From NCBI RefSeq assembly GCF_001194135.2, contig NC_068982.1, forward strand, positions 38,566,821 through 38,630,820: a DNA stretch of 64,000 nt, written 5' to 3'. The DNA comes from Octopus bimaculoides. Taxonomy: Eukaryota. Positions within the stretch are counted from its first letter, which is position 1. Every line of letters begins with the position of its first letter. The notes beneath the pieces are model-generated. The model saw only the letters and a list, made by a program, of their open reading frames with translations, did no database searches and was not told the DNA's origin. Position numbers and translations under genes: made by a program. Below, in pieces: positions 37,425-48,655 of the stretch.

Positions 37425-37765
37425 TAAGGTGGCGAGCCGGCAGAAACATTAGTACGCCGGGCAAAATGCTTAACAGTATTTCATCTGTCTTTACGTTCTG
37501 AGTTCAAATTCTGCCGAGGTCAACTTTGCCTTTCATCCTTTCGGGGTCAATAAATTAAGTACCAGTTGGGTACTGGGGTCGATCTAATCAATTGGCCCCC
37601 TCCCCCAAAATTTTAGGCCTTGTACCTAGAGTAGAAAAGAATATTTATTCTGGTTCTTCATGTTTTGCATTCAAATCCCACCAAGGTTGACTCTGCCTTT
37701 CTTCTCTCTGGGGATTAACAGGAAAAGTACCATTCAAGTACTGGGGTCAATTTAATCAATTACAA
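37425..37765 (+). mobile_element. Well-preserved Nin-like SINE (family D) followed by a second partial copy
   Basis: GGTGGCGAGCCGGCAGAAACATTAG...TGAGTTCAAATTCTGCCGAGGTCAACTTTGCCTTTCATCCTTTCGGGGTCAATAAATTAAGTACCAG. Other + copies at 40812-41030, 55862-56075 and 56090-56275; a minus copy at about 28880-29035. Confidence 0.85.
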
Positions 37766-37769
37766 ATCA

Positions 37770-38990
37770 GGAACTAGAGTCCCTGAGGCAGTCTAACATT
37801 GTCTTCAAGTATGTTCTGGGAATTCTGCAACAATTGGCCAAGCTATATTGGTTATTTCTCTTCCTTTGATCAACATCTGTTATACGCAGATAGGAGTCCC
37901 ATTGCATGGGCGACTATATGTCTTCCATACAATTTTGCCTAAATCTGCACTCTGGAAAAGTCACTCCAGTGACATTTTGCCACTTTCTATTGAGACACAC
38001 TGCAACAAGACTTTCCAGGTGCAGATCTTTCGTCTCACTAGACATATAGATATTAAAGATAGCAGTTGTACTGTATCATATCTATAAGCAGCACACCAGA
38101 ATGGACTGTAACTTGTAGAGGAACAGCAACAATATAGAAATGAAATACGTTTGGGCTTAGAAGCACTAGCATAGCTAGGATGGGGTGGTTCGCCCCAGGC
38201 AGTACTGTAGGCTATTGTTGTAGGCAATATGTGTTTTTTGTGGAGTCTGAGGGCGGCAAACGGAAGGGCCACCCCAGGCAGCACACACTAGCTACACTAG
38301 TGCTTAGAAGTCTTGTCTTTGGGGTGCTGGCTAAACTGCAGTGCAACCATCATGTGGCCTAGAATTTACTGTGAATTTGAGGAATGTTGCTGTGCATTGT
38401 TTAAGAATAAGGGGAGTAGGCTGTTGCCAGTGCAACAATCTACATTCAGTCACCGCTCTATTTGAGAAGTGATTGTGTATTGATATTAACTGAGATTAAG
38501 TTGTCAAGGCACACTGGCAGATGTTTTCAATGTCTCTGTTCATTCAGGTAGTAATATACCTGACAGGAGGAGTATAGGTTACATATATTAAGTAAAGTTT
38601 GGAAAGTGATATTGACAACATAAGTTACAATAAGCAATTGATTGATGAACAGAAGAAAAAGTGTGAAAGTTATATTTGAAACATGATGTGGTGCTCCAGT
38701 CTTGATATAACATATGCCAGAGAGAAATGGAGTGGCTTAATAAGAATAGGATACTTCCAATACAAAAGGAGAGAGAAGGGGGAAATTCATAGATAGGTAA
38801 CTTTCTAGGGAGGTTTCATGGCAGACATGTTTGAAAGCTTTGATGATGTGGACCACAACAACATTTCTTTCTACTGAGATAAGTGAATTAAAGAAAAGAA
38901 AAAGAATTGGTAGAGATCCTTTAGGCAGATGATCACAAATTTACTGCAGTTCAAGAGACAAAAGAGCTTATAAAAATAGCATGTTGTCAA
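37770..38990 (+). mobile_element. Possible decayed LINE 5' region (ORF1 Cys/His-rich remnant and APE endonuclease start)
   Basis: Near 38910-38975 reads KELVEIL*ADDHKFTAVQETK, similar to the QET(K/H) motif of APE domain II; upstream Cys/His-rich fragments. Confidence 0.35.
38164..38302. mobile_element. 139-bp hAT-type MITE
   Basis: TIRs CACTAGCATAGCTAG and CTAGCTACACTAGTG (13/15); perfect 8-bp TSD CTTAGAAG at 38156-38163 and 38303-38310. Confidence 0.9.
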
Positions 38991-41102
38991 ATGATACTTT
39001 ATTGTGCAGCTTTACCTTTATCCTTGAAGGTTGATAAATAAAGCACCAATCTAATATGGGGGGGGTTGATTCCTCTCTTTTTCAAGAAGTTGATTGTGGT
39101 CAGATCTAGGGAGGACACACTTTATGCCATAACAATGCTTTTATGACTATCAGAATTTGGGAACTCAAAGAATGGAAGAAGGTATGTCAGCTTACTCAAA
39201 TCTAATTTAAGTGTCAAAGGACAGAATCAATAGGATATGAGTGCCATCACTTTTTCAATGAAATAAAAGGATAAGGAATTTTTATAGCCTACGTTTAGTT
39301 GATTTTTATCAAAAATATATTAATCTTTTTCATACCAATCCATTTGAGATTGCCCTAGCTCTATTGTACAAAATTATCTAAATTAAAACCTCTCATTAAA
39401 AATTTCCTATTAATTAATGTAGTTATTAAATGCTATTGTAATAACTACTAAGTTATTTTACTAAATTTTTCATTGTTTTCAAAATTAATTGAAGCAAAGT
39501 TAATGTTTTTCAACAAAAATATGGTAACAAAAAGGGTTAAATTGATTTATATTATAATTTAATTTGTCAAGTAGTGGAATAAGTTGCATGTTCATAATAT
39601 TTTCAAAATGTTCATATTTACAAACTCACATGAGTAACATATATACCTGAAAAAGCCTAGAGTCGATTTGTTAAATGAGTGTGCATGTATGAATAGACTG
39701 AGATGTAAATAGTCCAAATTCTTTTCACTCTGCAACAATAAACACATCTTAAAATATCTAGAAACATAATGGACCAATTTCCCTCATTTAAAATGCTAGA
39801 ACAAAAGTCATAATGTCTATTTGTCTATTTACTCATCATTTAAACTTGTATAGATGAAAGGTAACAAAAGAATCATAGCAACAATCCTCTATAACAACAT
39901 TCGGATGACCATTTCTGACATTTTACTCAAATGACACTTTTGTTACAGTTTAGTAACCTACTTAAGATAACATTCTTACTTGATTTTACCAAATGTGAAC
40001 TGAGATCATATTTTGAAGTTCACTGTTGTTATGTTTTCTATCAACATCTTTATCGTGTTATTTCAGAAGCTTTTATTTGTGGTACTATTAAAATATTTTG
40101 GTTATTGTGATTATCACTAGTTTAAATGTCAAAAAGGAGAGGAATTACATGAACAAACAGATATCAAATTCACCCAAGTAAAAGGACAAGTATCTTATTT
40201 TCTTACTTATATTTCCATCAAAATTAATTTACCTTAAAAGTATTCAGTTCACAGTTATAGTTACAAACTCTGGAACACTAAAAATTTAGAAGGTATGAAG
40301 ATGTGCAACAAGATATAGGTATTGAATAATAACTTGAGTTATTTGTGAGTTTTCAAACTTCAGTTCAAATCCTACCTAAGTCCTTTTTTTTTTTTTGTAT
40401 CAAAGCTTTTCTCTTAAACATTTGATATTTATAATAATTCATGGGGTGTTTTCAGAATTGTGAAAATCTTAACAAAAATGTATTTATCCATTTCTTATAC
40501 ATTCTGGCAGATTCAAATGTGACTGTCTGATCACTGTAGCTTTTGTCATCAGAGAGCACCTCCTACTTTTAAACAATGTGTGTTATGGACACACATGGGT
40601 TATCATTGTAAGGGGACTTTAAGAGACCATGGTGTTTCAAACTTTGTCTCTTCACTCAAAGCTACCCTACCTGACAGATGAATCAAACAAGAGCATGAGC
40701 TCTTTTTTATAGAAATGCAAGTGCATGCTGATGTCTGCTAAATAGATAATAATTCATGGAGTGCACTCAGAACAGCAAGAATCCAAACAGTAATTAATAT
40801 TTGATAATCATGTGGCAGTGAGCTGGCAGAATCGTTAGCATGTCGGGCAAAATACTTAGTGACAGTTTGCATATCTTTACATTCTAAGTTGAAATTCCAC
40901 TGAGGTTGACTTTGCTTTACATCCTTCTGGGATTGATAAAACGAGTACCTTTTCAATTCTAGAATCGATATAATTAATTTATCCCCTCCCTCAAAATTGC
41001 TGGCCTTGTACTAAAATTTGAAAACAATATTTGATAATCATTTTTTATACCAATATCCTTTCATTCAAACCATTAAATAGCTATTTAACTGATAAATTTC
41101 AG

Positions 41103-41156
41103 ATTCTAAGCATGATGAATCTGAAAGGTTTCAATTAACTATAGAGATTCTCCAAA
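41103..41156 (+). CDS. Candidate exon (xSKHDESERFQLTIEILQ), phase 1-1
   Basis: AATTTCAG acceptor, AAA|GTAAGT donor; in phase with the next two exons across introns of 104 and 101 bp. Confidence 0.5.
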
Positions 41157-41260
41157 GTAAGTAGACTCGGTTATGTTCCCATGTCTTATTACTTACACAA
41201 TCATGCTATGAATATTTCTCCATGAACTCTAAACCTTAGCTGACTTTGATCCCTGAACAG

Positions 41261-41349
41261 TTACTGAATTGTTTATTAGTCAAACACTGAACCATTGTTC
41301 TATTCTTACTAGTCCTGTTTTTCTTATGTTAAACAATTTAATACCAACA
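41261..41349 (+). CDS. Candidate exon (ITELFISQTLNHCSILTSPVFLMLNNLIPT), phase 1-0
   Basis: CCCTGAACAG acceptor, ACA|GTAAGT donor; open in the phase dictated by the previous exon. Confidence 0.5.
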
Positions 41350-41450
41350 GTAAGTACCTGATATCTACTACACACTGTGCTGCCCTATATTCAACATAGC
41401 TTACGTTACATAATTTTTTTTAGTATCTCTGTTTGTTTAACTATTTTCAG

Positions 41451-41478
41451 TTTAAACAAATAATTACTCGTCCAAATA
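41451..41478 (+). CDS. Candidate exon (FKQIITRPN), phase 0-1
   Basis: Strong acceptor GTTTAACTATTTTCAG; donor ATA|GTAATT followed by a T-run. Confidence 0.45.
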
Positions 41479-41814
41479 GTAATTTTTTTTTATTTTCATT
41501 ACGCTCAATCTTATTTCACAAAGAGAAGAGAAAACATCTGCATAAGCTATTCCCTTTGCAAATTCATCTGACCATTTGTAGAATAATGAATGTTTATTAC
41601 TCAATTGTTGTTTTATCCAAGTACTGGCATACTCATGTATGCTTATAAAAGAGACTGTGTGGTAGAGAAGATTCATTCTCAACTATAAAGTTTTGGGTTC
41701 AGTCCCACTGCATGACACTTTAGGCAAGAAACTTCTACTGTAGTCCCAAAATCATATGAGTTCATTTAGTAAAATGAAACTGAAAGAAGCCCATTGTATA
41801 TATATATCTATCAT

Positions 41815-41990
41815 CATCATCATCATCCATTAACATGCATTTTCCATGCTGGGTTGGAGGGTTTGACCGGAGTTGGCAAGCTGGAGAGCTGCACCAGGTT
41901 CCAGTCTGATTTGGCATGGTTTCTATGACCGGATGCCTTTCCGAACGCCAATGACTTTACAGTGTGTGCTTGGTACTTTTAACATGGCAC
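41815..41990 (-). mobile_element. RTE-tail repeat
   Basis: (ATC)n then TTTCCATGCTGG...GATGCCTTTCCGAACGCCAA on +, the reverse complement of the standard tail. Confidence 0.75.
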
Positions 41991-42355
41991 CGGCAAGATA
42001 GCTGGTACTAATGGGAGAATGATATGCAATTCTGTTCAGTAAAGTGAACAATTGGAGACCCCAAGAGATATCTATATTTTTGCATATGTGTGTAAGTATG
42101 TTTGTGTCTCCTCGTGTTGACATTGCATGATAGCTGTAAATGAGTGTCATTCGTTTCTAATATTCTGTGCAAACATGTCTGTCCATGAGAAAATATTGCC
42201 TTATTTGGAAATAGGTGAGGGTTGGCAACGGGTAGGGCATCTGACTGTAGAAAATCTGCTGCAAGAAATTCCATCTAACCCATGTGAGCATAGAAATGTG
42301 GACATTAAAACAATCATTACACACACGCACGCACGCACGCATGCACCCACGCACA

Positions 42356-42392
<37 letters not shown>

Positions 42393-43467
42393 TTACACCC
42401 ATGCACTTTTTTCCACAAAGCATTTCACAAAATTTTAAAATGTGTCATCACTTTTTAAGAGAGCTTCTGTGTACTTGCTTGCTCTGATAGAAATAGAAAC
42501 TAAATCTCAATGAAAATCATGCCCCATGAGCTTAGAATTGTGAACCTCAGATAATGTGGTCCTGCTTCCATGAATGTACAAAAAAAAAGTAAATAAAATG
42601 AGATGGTCACGACTGGAATACCTTTGATCATCGGTCTACTCAGAGCTGACCTAGGGTTGACAACAAGAACAACTCCTGTAAATTTAACACTAAAACAATG
42701 ATATTTATTTGAATTCATAAAATAAAAATAAACATTAATTTTTCTGAATTTCCTTTGAAAATTGAGCAAGTTACATAACATGTCATGCAACATAGTGTAA
42801 TTGGTATTTCCTTCTAGTTGCTGGTTAAATAACATATGTGTAACTTCAATCAGAGGAAAACATGTAAAAAATAAAAATAAAACTAATAAAAATAAAAACA
42901 TAAAAAGAGCGAAAAATCTCAATCTCAAGTAAGTATCAGGGAATATATGTGAATTTATTGTATTTGTATGTATACTTATCTAAAAGAATGTTTGCGTGTA
43001 TTCCTGTTTCTTACTCTGTAAATGTGTATATATATGTATTTATGTTTATTTGTATAGAGGCATCCTGCCAACTTAGGATAGCGACATATAAGGCTACAAC
43101 TGCCTGTGGAAGTTAGCAGGCATCAAGCTCTATTGGAATTAGGCATATACCTTATGGATTAAGCTTCCAATTATAAATTATCTTTTTATGCTATCTTCTC
43201 TTTATAAATTAAAAAAGAAAATTAATTAGTATTTAGGTAATCCCATACAAATAACAACATTTCTCACAAAATTTGTGGATATTTCTGTAAGCTCGTGTTG
43301 TACTGTATTTATAGCAAAAGTAATGACCATCTTGGAAAGGCACTGCTAAAAATGTTTCTGCTTATAAACTTACTGTGATGTAAATATTGGGTAAATAACC
43401 CTGAATATTTGGCAGCTTTTCTTCTGACTGTCTGTGCCTTTCTAAACTACCTGTTTTTTTTCCACAG

Positions 43468-43523
43468 GTAGTTTAGAACTGCTAATGAATAACAAAAAAG
43501 TAAAAAGAAGTAAAAAGAAATAA
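43468..43523 (+). CDS. Candidate terminal coding exon (SSLELLMNNKKVKRSKKK*)
   Basis: Strong acceptor CTGTTTTTTTTCCACAG; phase 1 fits 41478; TAA at 43521-23 overlaps AATAAA. Confidence 0.35.
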
Positions 43524-43749
43524 AAAAAAATTAAGACTATTCAACTAATGGTGATACCAATGTATGATTATAAAATGCATTAAACAAAAAACAAAACAAA
43601 AAGATTAAAAATTAACTCAGAATATAATCAACTTTGGTATATTTGTTTAAAATGTATTTACACTTGTTCAGAAAAGTCAACTAACTCGTTGCAAAACTGC
43701 AAATCAGCATTAGGAAGATAACGATCTCTATATTACTATGCAGTGTTGC

Positions 43750-43751
<2 letters not shown>

Positions 43752-43796
<45 letters not shown>

Positions 43797-43908
43797 CCAC
43801 CACCACCACCACCACTGCCACCACCACCACCACCACTATCAACACCAGCAGCAGCAGCACCACCACCACCACCACCACCACCACCATCATTATTACCATC
43901 ATCAACAT
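43752..43908. repeat. Compound trinucleotide microsatellite (ATC)n(ACC)n(AGC)n
   Basis: Directly visible; source of the poly-H, poly-S/P and poly-V/M pseudo-ORFs. Confidence 0.95.
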
Positions 43909-44392
43909 CAGATATTGTTTTTTTTTGCTTTTTAACATCCTTTTTTCAGTGCATGCATGGGTTGAATAGGTTTGTAGTACAGCATATTGCTTTACCTTTC
44001 ATTACTGGCACTGAGTATACAATATAATGTGCCAATAATATAACTTTTAAATCCTACCTAAACTTATGTCTGCATTGTTTAATGGTTTCTGATAATAATG
44101 GTAAACTTCCATACAGTACACTGTTTGGTAAGTGTTATTCCCAAGAAATGTTCTTTACCTTCTTAATATATGCACTACTTAGTTAATCTACTTTCTATCA
44201 CTTTCATAAGTATCCAGCATTCAGATCCATATATCAACATACTTTCTAGAGCAACTCTAAAAATATGTATTTTGAAGTCATTAAATGGATTTGACTGACA
44301 TATTGTGGACATCTTGTTCATTGTTGACCATGCCAATTCAGTCTTCACTTCACTGTCTTTCTATAATCCCAGATATTTGAATTCATTTAGAA

Positions 44393-46180
44393 CAGTGTTT
44401 CTCAACCTTTTTTCTCTTGTGTAACCCTTAAAATAAATTACATGTCTCAAGGAAGCCTTGCACAAAGAAAATATATACCATATCTTTCTCATAATTTTTT
44501 ATTGTAGTTCACATGGTATATATTATATATATATCAGATTGGAGCCTGGTGCAGCCATCCGGTTTGCCAGTCCTCAGTCAAATACTAGCATGGAAAGCGG
44601 ACCCACACTAGCATGGAAAGTGGATGTTAAACAATGATGATGATATATATATATATGTATATAACCAAATTCGATGACTGGCACCCATGCCAACCTTCCT
44701 TCAATGGACATTAAACTCAGCTCGCGAAGAACTGTTGGGGCAAGTGAGATCGAAACTGAACCAAATTTGATGACTGGCACCCGTGCCAGTGGAGCACTAA
44801 CAGCATCATCTGAGCGGGATCACTGCTAGAGCAGCGGTCTCGCTCCCGTGCCGGTGGCACATAAAAAGCACCATTTGAGCGCAATCGTTTCCAGCTTCGC
44901 CTTACTGGCACTTGTGCCAGTGGCATGTGAACAAAACATTGGACTGACTCCTGTGCAGGTGGCACGTAAAAAACACCATTTGAGCATGGCCGTTGCCAGT
45001 ACCACTGGACTGGCCCTCGTACTGGTGGCATGTAAAAAGCACCCACTACACTTTCGAAGTGGTTGGTGTTAGGAAGGGCATCCTGCTGTAGAAACTCTGC
45101 CAGATCATATTGGAGTCTGGTGTAGCCATCTGGTTCACCAGTCCCCAGTCAAATCATCCAACCCATGCTAGCATGGAAAGTGAACGTTAAATGAGGATGA
45201 TGATGATGATATATATATATATATGTATATATATGTGTATATATATATGTATGTATGTATATATATATATATATATATATATANNNNNNNNNNNNNNNNN
45301 NNNNNNNNNNNNNNNNNNNNNNNNNNNNNNNNNNNNNNNNNNNNNNNNNNNNNNNNNNNNNNNNNNNNNNNNNNNNNNNNNNNNNNNNNNNNNNNNNNNN
45401 NNNNNNNNNNNNNNNNNNNNNNNNNNNNNNNNNNNNNNNNNNNNNNNNNNNNNNNNNNNNNNNNNNNNNNNNNNNNNNNNNNNNNNNNNNNNNNNNNNNN
45501 NNNNNNNNNNNNNNNNNNNNNNNNNNNNNNNNNNNNNNNNNNNNNNNNNNNNNNNNNNNNNNNNNNNNNNNNNNNNNNNNNNNNNNNNNNNNNNNNNNNN
45601 NNNNNNNNNNNNNNNNNNNNNNNNNNNNNNNNNNNNNNNNNNNNNNNNNNNNNNNNNNNNNNNNNNNNNNNNNNNNNNNNNNNNNNNNNNNNNNNNNNNN
45701 NNNNNNNNNNNNNNNNNNNNNNNNNNNNNNNNNNNNNNNNNNNNNNNNNNNNNNNNNNNNNNNNNNNNNNNNNNNNNNNNNNNNNNNNNNNNNNNNNNNN
45801 NNNNNNNNNNNNNNNNNNNNNNNNNNNNNNNNNNNNNNNNNNNNNNNNNNNNNNNNNNNNNNNNNNNNNNNNNNNNNNNNNNNNNNNNNNNNNNNNNNNN
45901 NNNNNNNNNNNNNNNNNNNNNNNNNNNNNNNNNNNNNNNNNNNNNNNNNNNNNNNNNNNNNNNNNNNNNNNNNNNNNNNNNNNNNNNNNNNNNNNNNNNN
46001 NNNNNNNNNNNNNNNNNNNNNNNNNNNNNNNNNNNNNNNNNNNNNNNNNNNNNNNNNNNNNNNNNNNNNNNNNNNNNNNNNNNNNNNNNNNNNNNNNNNN
46101 NNNNNNNNNNNNNNNNNNNNNNNNNNNNNNNNNNNNNNNNNNNNNNNNNNNNNNNNNNNNNNNNNNNNNNNNNNNNNNNN

Positions 46181-46217
<37 letters not shown>

Positions 46218-46383
46218 TAAATGAGATGTATATATGTATATATATATATATATCATGTATGTATATGCCCATATAATGTGCATGTATATTAATATTACGA
46301 TCGATCATGAAATTAGCATTAGCTTATCTCACTCTTTCTCACAGAACCTTAGGGTTCCGAGAAGCTCTGGTTGAGATACATTG
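44393..46383. mobile_element. hAT (Charlie-like) non-autonomous element hosting two RTE-tail retroposons, (TA)n and an N gap
   Basis: TIRs CAGTGTTTCTCAACC (44393-44407) and GGTTGAGATACATTG (46369-46383), 13/15. 8-bp TSD ATTTAGAA (44385-92) and ATTTAGAC (46384-91). Contiguity across the gap is assumed. Confidence 0.75.
44534..45210 (+). mobile_element. Two RTE-tail retroposons in tandem (short 44534-44645; long 44660-45210 with internal tandem units)
   Basis: Both end CTAGCATGGAAAG..GA.GTTAAA..(GAT)n. The short one has a duplicated CTAGCATGGAAAG(C/T)GGA. Confidence 0.85.
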
Positions 46384-46519
46384 ATTTAGACACTTAAAGT
46401 TTGCACTTTTTGATGATATAATATATTCTTCTGTTGACTGAAAGTTGCACACACAGATATATCATCAGTCAAATGTAATCTAATCTCCTTTGATGTTTCT
46501 TTGATTCATTGAACTTCCT

Positions 46520-46800
46520 TGATAGTATTTGAAGTAAGGGTGTATCATTGATGCAGTCAGTATACTCTACAAAGATACCATCACTCAGATTTTATCACCT
46601 GATGGTGTTATGGATACCTTTGAGATCCTGCAGGAGTATCGCAAGGGGACACCCTTGCATCTCTTCTGTTCATTGTGTTCTTGGACTACTTGGTATGAAT
46701 TACAATATTTGATACAGAAGAAACAGGTCCTTAAAAAAGCAAATGTTATTTTATAACTATTATTATTGATGCAGATTATGCAGATGATATAGCTCTTGAC
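46520..46800 (+). mobile_element. RTE/BovB-like LINE RT fragment
   Basis: IDAVSILYKDTITQILSPDGVMDTFEIL.GVSQGDTLASLLFIVFLDY...DADYADDIAL (QG and YADD motifs), frameshifted. Confidence 0.75.
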
Positions 46801-47447
46801 CCTGTAGAACATTGATAGGGAGAGAGAGAGGGCTGCACTAGCATCTGGCTGGTACTAAGTTGAAGTTCAGTAGAGTTAAGTAATGATATGAAGTGCCTTG
46901 CTGGAGAATAAATATACTGATGGAAAAAACAGGAGAGAATCTAATGTTTTGAGTTATACCTTATGTATATATATATATATATATATNNNNNNNNNNNNNN
47001 NNNNNNNNNNNNNNNNNNNNNNNNNNNNNNNNNNNNNNNNNNNNNNNNNNNNNNNNNNNNNNNNNNNNNNNNNNNNNNNNNNNNNNNNNNNNNNNNNNNN
47101 NNNNNNNNNNNNNNNNNNNNNNNNNNNNNNNNNNNNNNNNNNNNNNNNNNNNNNNNNNNNNNNNNNNNNNNNNNNNNNNNNNNNNNNNNNNNNNNNNNNN
47201 NNNNNNNNNNNNNNNNNNNNNNNNNNNNNNNNNNNNNNNNNNNNNNNNNNNNNNNNNTATATATATAAATATATATATATAAAAAAGAAATAGAAATAAT
47301 AGAAACTAGAGAAAGAGAAAAAGACAAAGACATATGACCTTGTATCTACAGTGTTTGTATACATGGCAGGCCTAGAGTAAAACTGAAGTTGACAAGTGAA
47401 ATAGAAAGGCTGGAAGTGGAGACTCAAATTAGGTCCTGTTGAGAGTT

Positions 47448-47533
47448 AAGTGAGAAGAGATGAGGCGAAGGGAGCAAAAAAGAGAATAAGTGAAGAAAGA
47501 TGAGGCGAAGAGAGCAAAAAAGAGAATAAGTGA
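47448..47533. repeat. 40-bp two-copy tandem repeat in a purine-rich tract
   Basis: AGATGAGGCGAAG.GAGCAAAAAAGAGAATAAGTGA; TGAGGCGAAG at 47461 and 47501. Confidence 0.9.
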
Positions 47534-48164
47534 GGAGAGTGAGAGAGAAAGCAAGAAAGAAAGAGGTGGGAGAGAGGTGGAAAAGTGAGGTGAAGTGAGA
47601 GGAGAAGTGAGGAACTCCTGATATCAGTGTATGTGAGTAATGAAATGTTGTTAAGTGTGCAATGTTTTCATTTGTGTAGGTGATAAATAGCATCTAATGT
47701 GTATCAAGAAATATAAAGTTCATGTATCTCGGTGTACAAAAGTTATTCTTCTAAACAACAAAGAATATAAATGTACATACATATACTTATCGACATGCAC
47801 GCACAAATGCACGCACAAATGCACGCACAAATGCACACATGTGAACATATAACAACACATACATACACTGTGGTGGTTGTGGTTCTGCATGTGTGTAAAG
47901 CAACGAGTCATGTGGTAGTTTGGATGTGTGGGATTAGTCTGTTAGTCTGTGGTAAATGAGGGGTATCTCTGCAGAATGTATATGTGTGGTATGTAACATT
48001 GAGGAGATAGTAGTTTAGGAGTATGGTTCTTAGTGTAAGGTGAGATGGTATGTGATGCATATATACATATATATGCATATAAGTATACATTACACACACA
48101 CACGTACACACATATACATATATTTACATATGTATATACATGTATTTAAATCTACATCTATCTT

Positions 48165-48165
48165 A

Positions 48166-48205
<40 letters not shown>

Positions 48206-48214
48206 ATCTATCTA

Positions 48215-48305
<91 letters not shown>
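48165..48305. repeat. Compound microsatellite (TATC)n(TA)n(TG)n
   Basis: Directly visible. A similar (TATG)n(TATC)n(TGTC)n array lies at 50217-50432. Confidence 0.95.
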
Positions 48306-48309
<4 letters not shown>

Positions 48310-48614
48310 CATTAGAATGACAAAGGAGTAAACAATTGTGTTATACACTTCATTAGCCTACATCTGTCTCTGCTATCAGATGCAATGGCCTCATAGTCGA
48401 ATGCTTGGAAATCACCCTATAGCTTCATTGAAGCTTCAAACATGAGGTTCATAGCATAACTGTTTATTCCTTTGTCATTCTAATTTCTTATTACAGCTCT
48501 GTACTCAACTGATGCTTCATTCTGAAGCATATGTATACTGAGTTCTAACACTGTATTATTAGTATCACTATACCTTAGCAAAATATCGATGTGTGCCTAT
48601 ATATTATCTATATA

Positions 48615-48650
<36 letters not shown>

Positions 48651-48655
<5 letters not shown>

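Noticed and set aside
40520-40690. Plus frame DHCSFCHQRAPPTFKQCVLWTHMGYHCKG resembling a zinc-binding motif
   Set aside because: Bounded by stops, with no consistent acceptor/donor pair in that frame.
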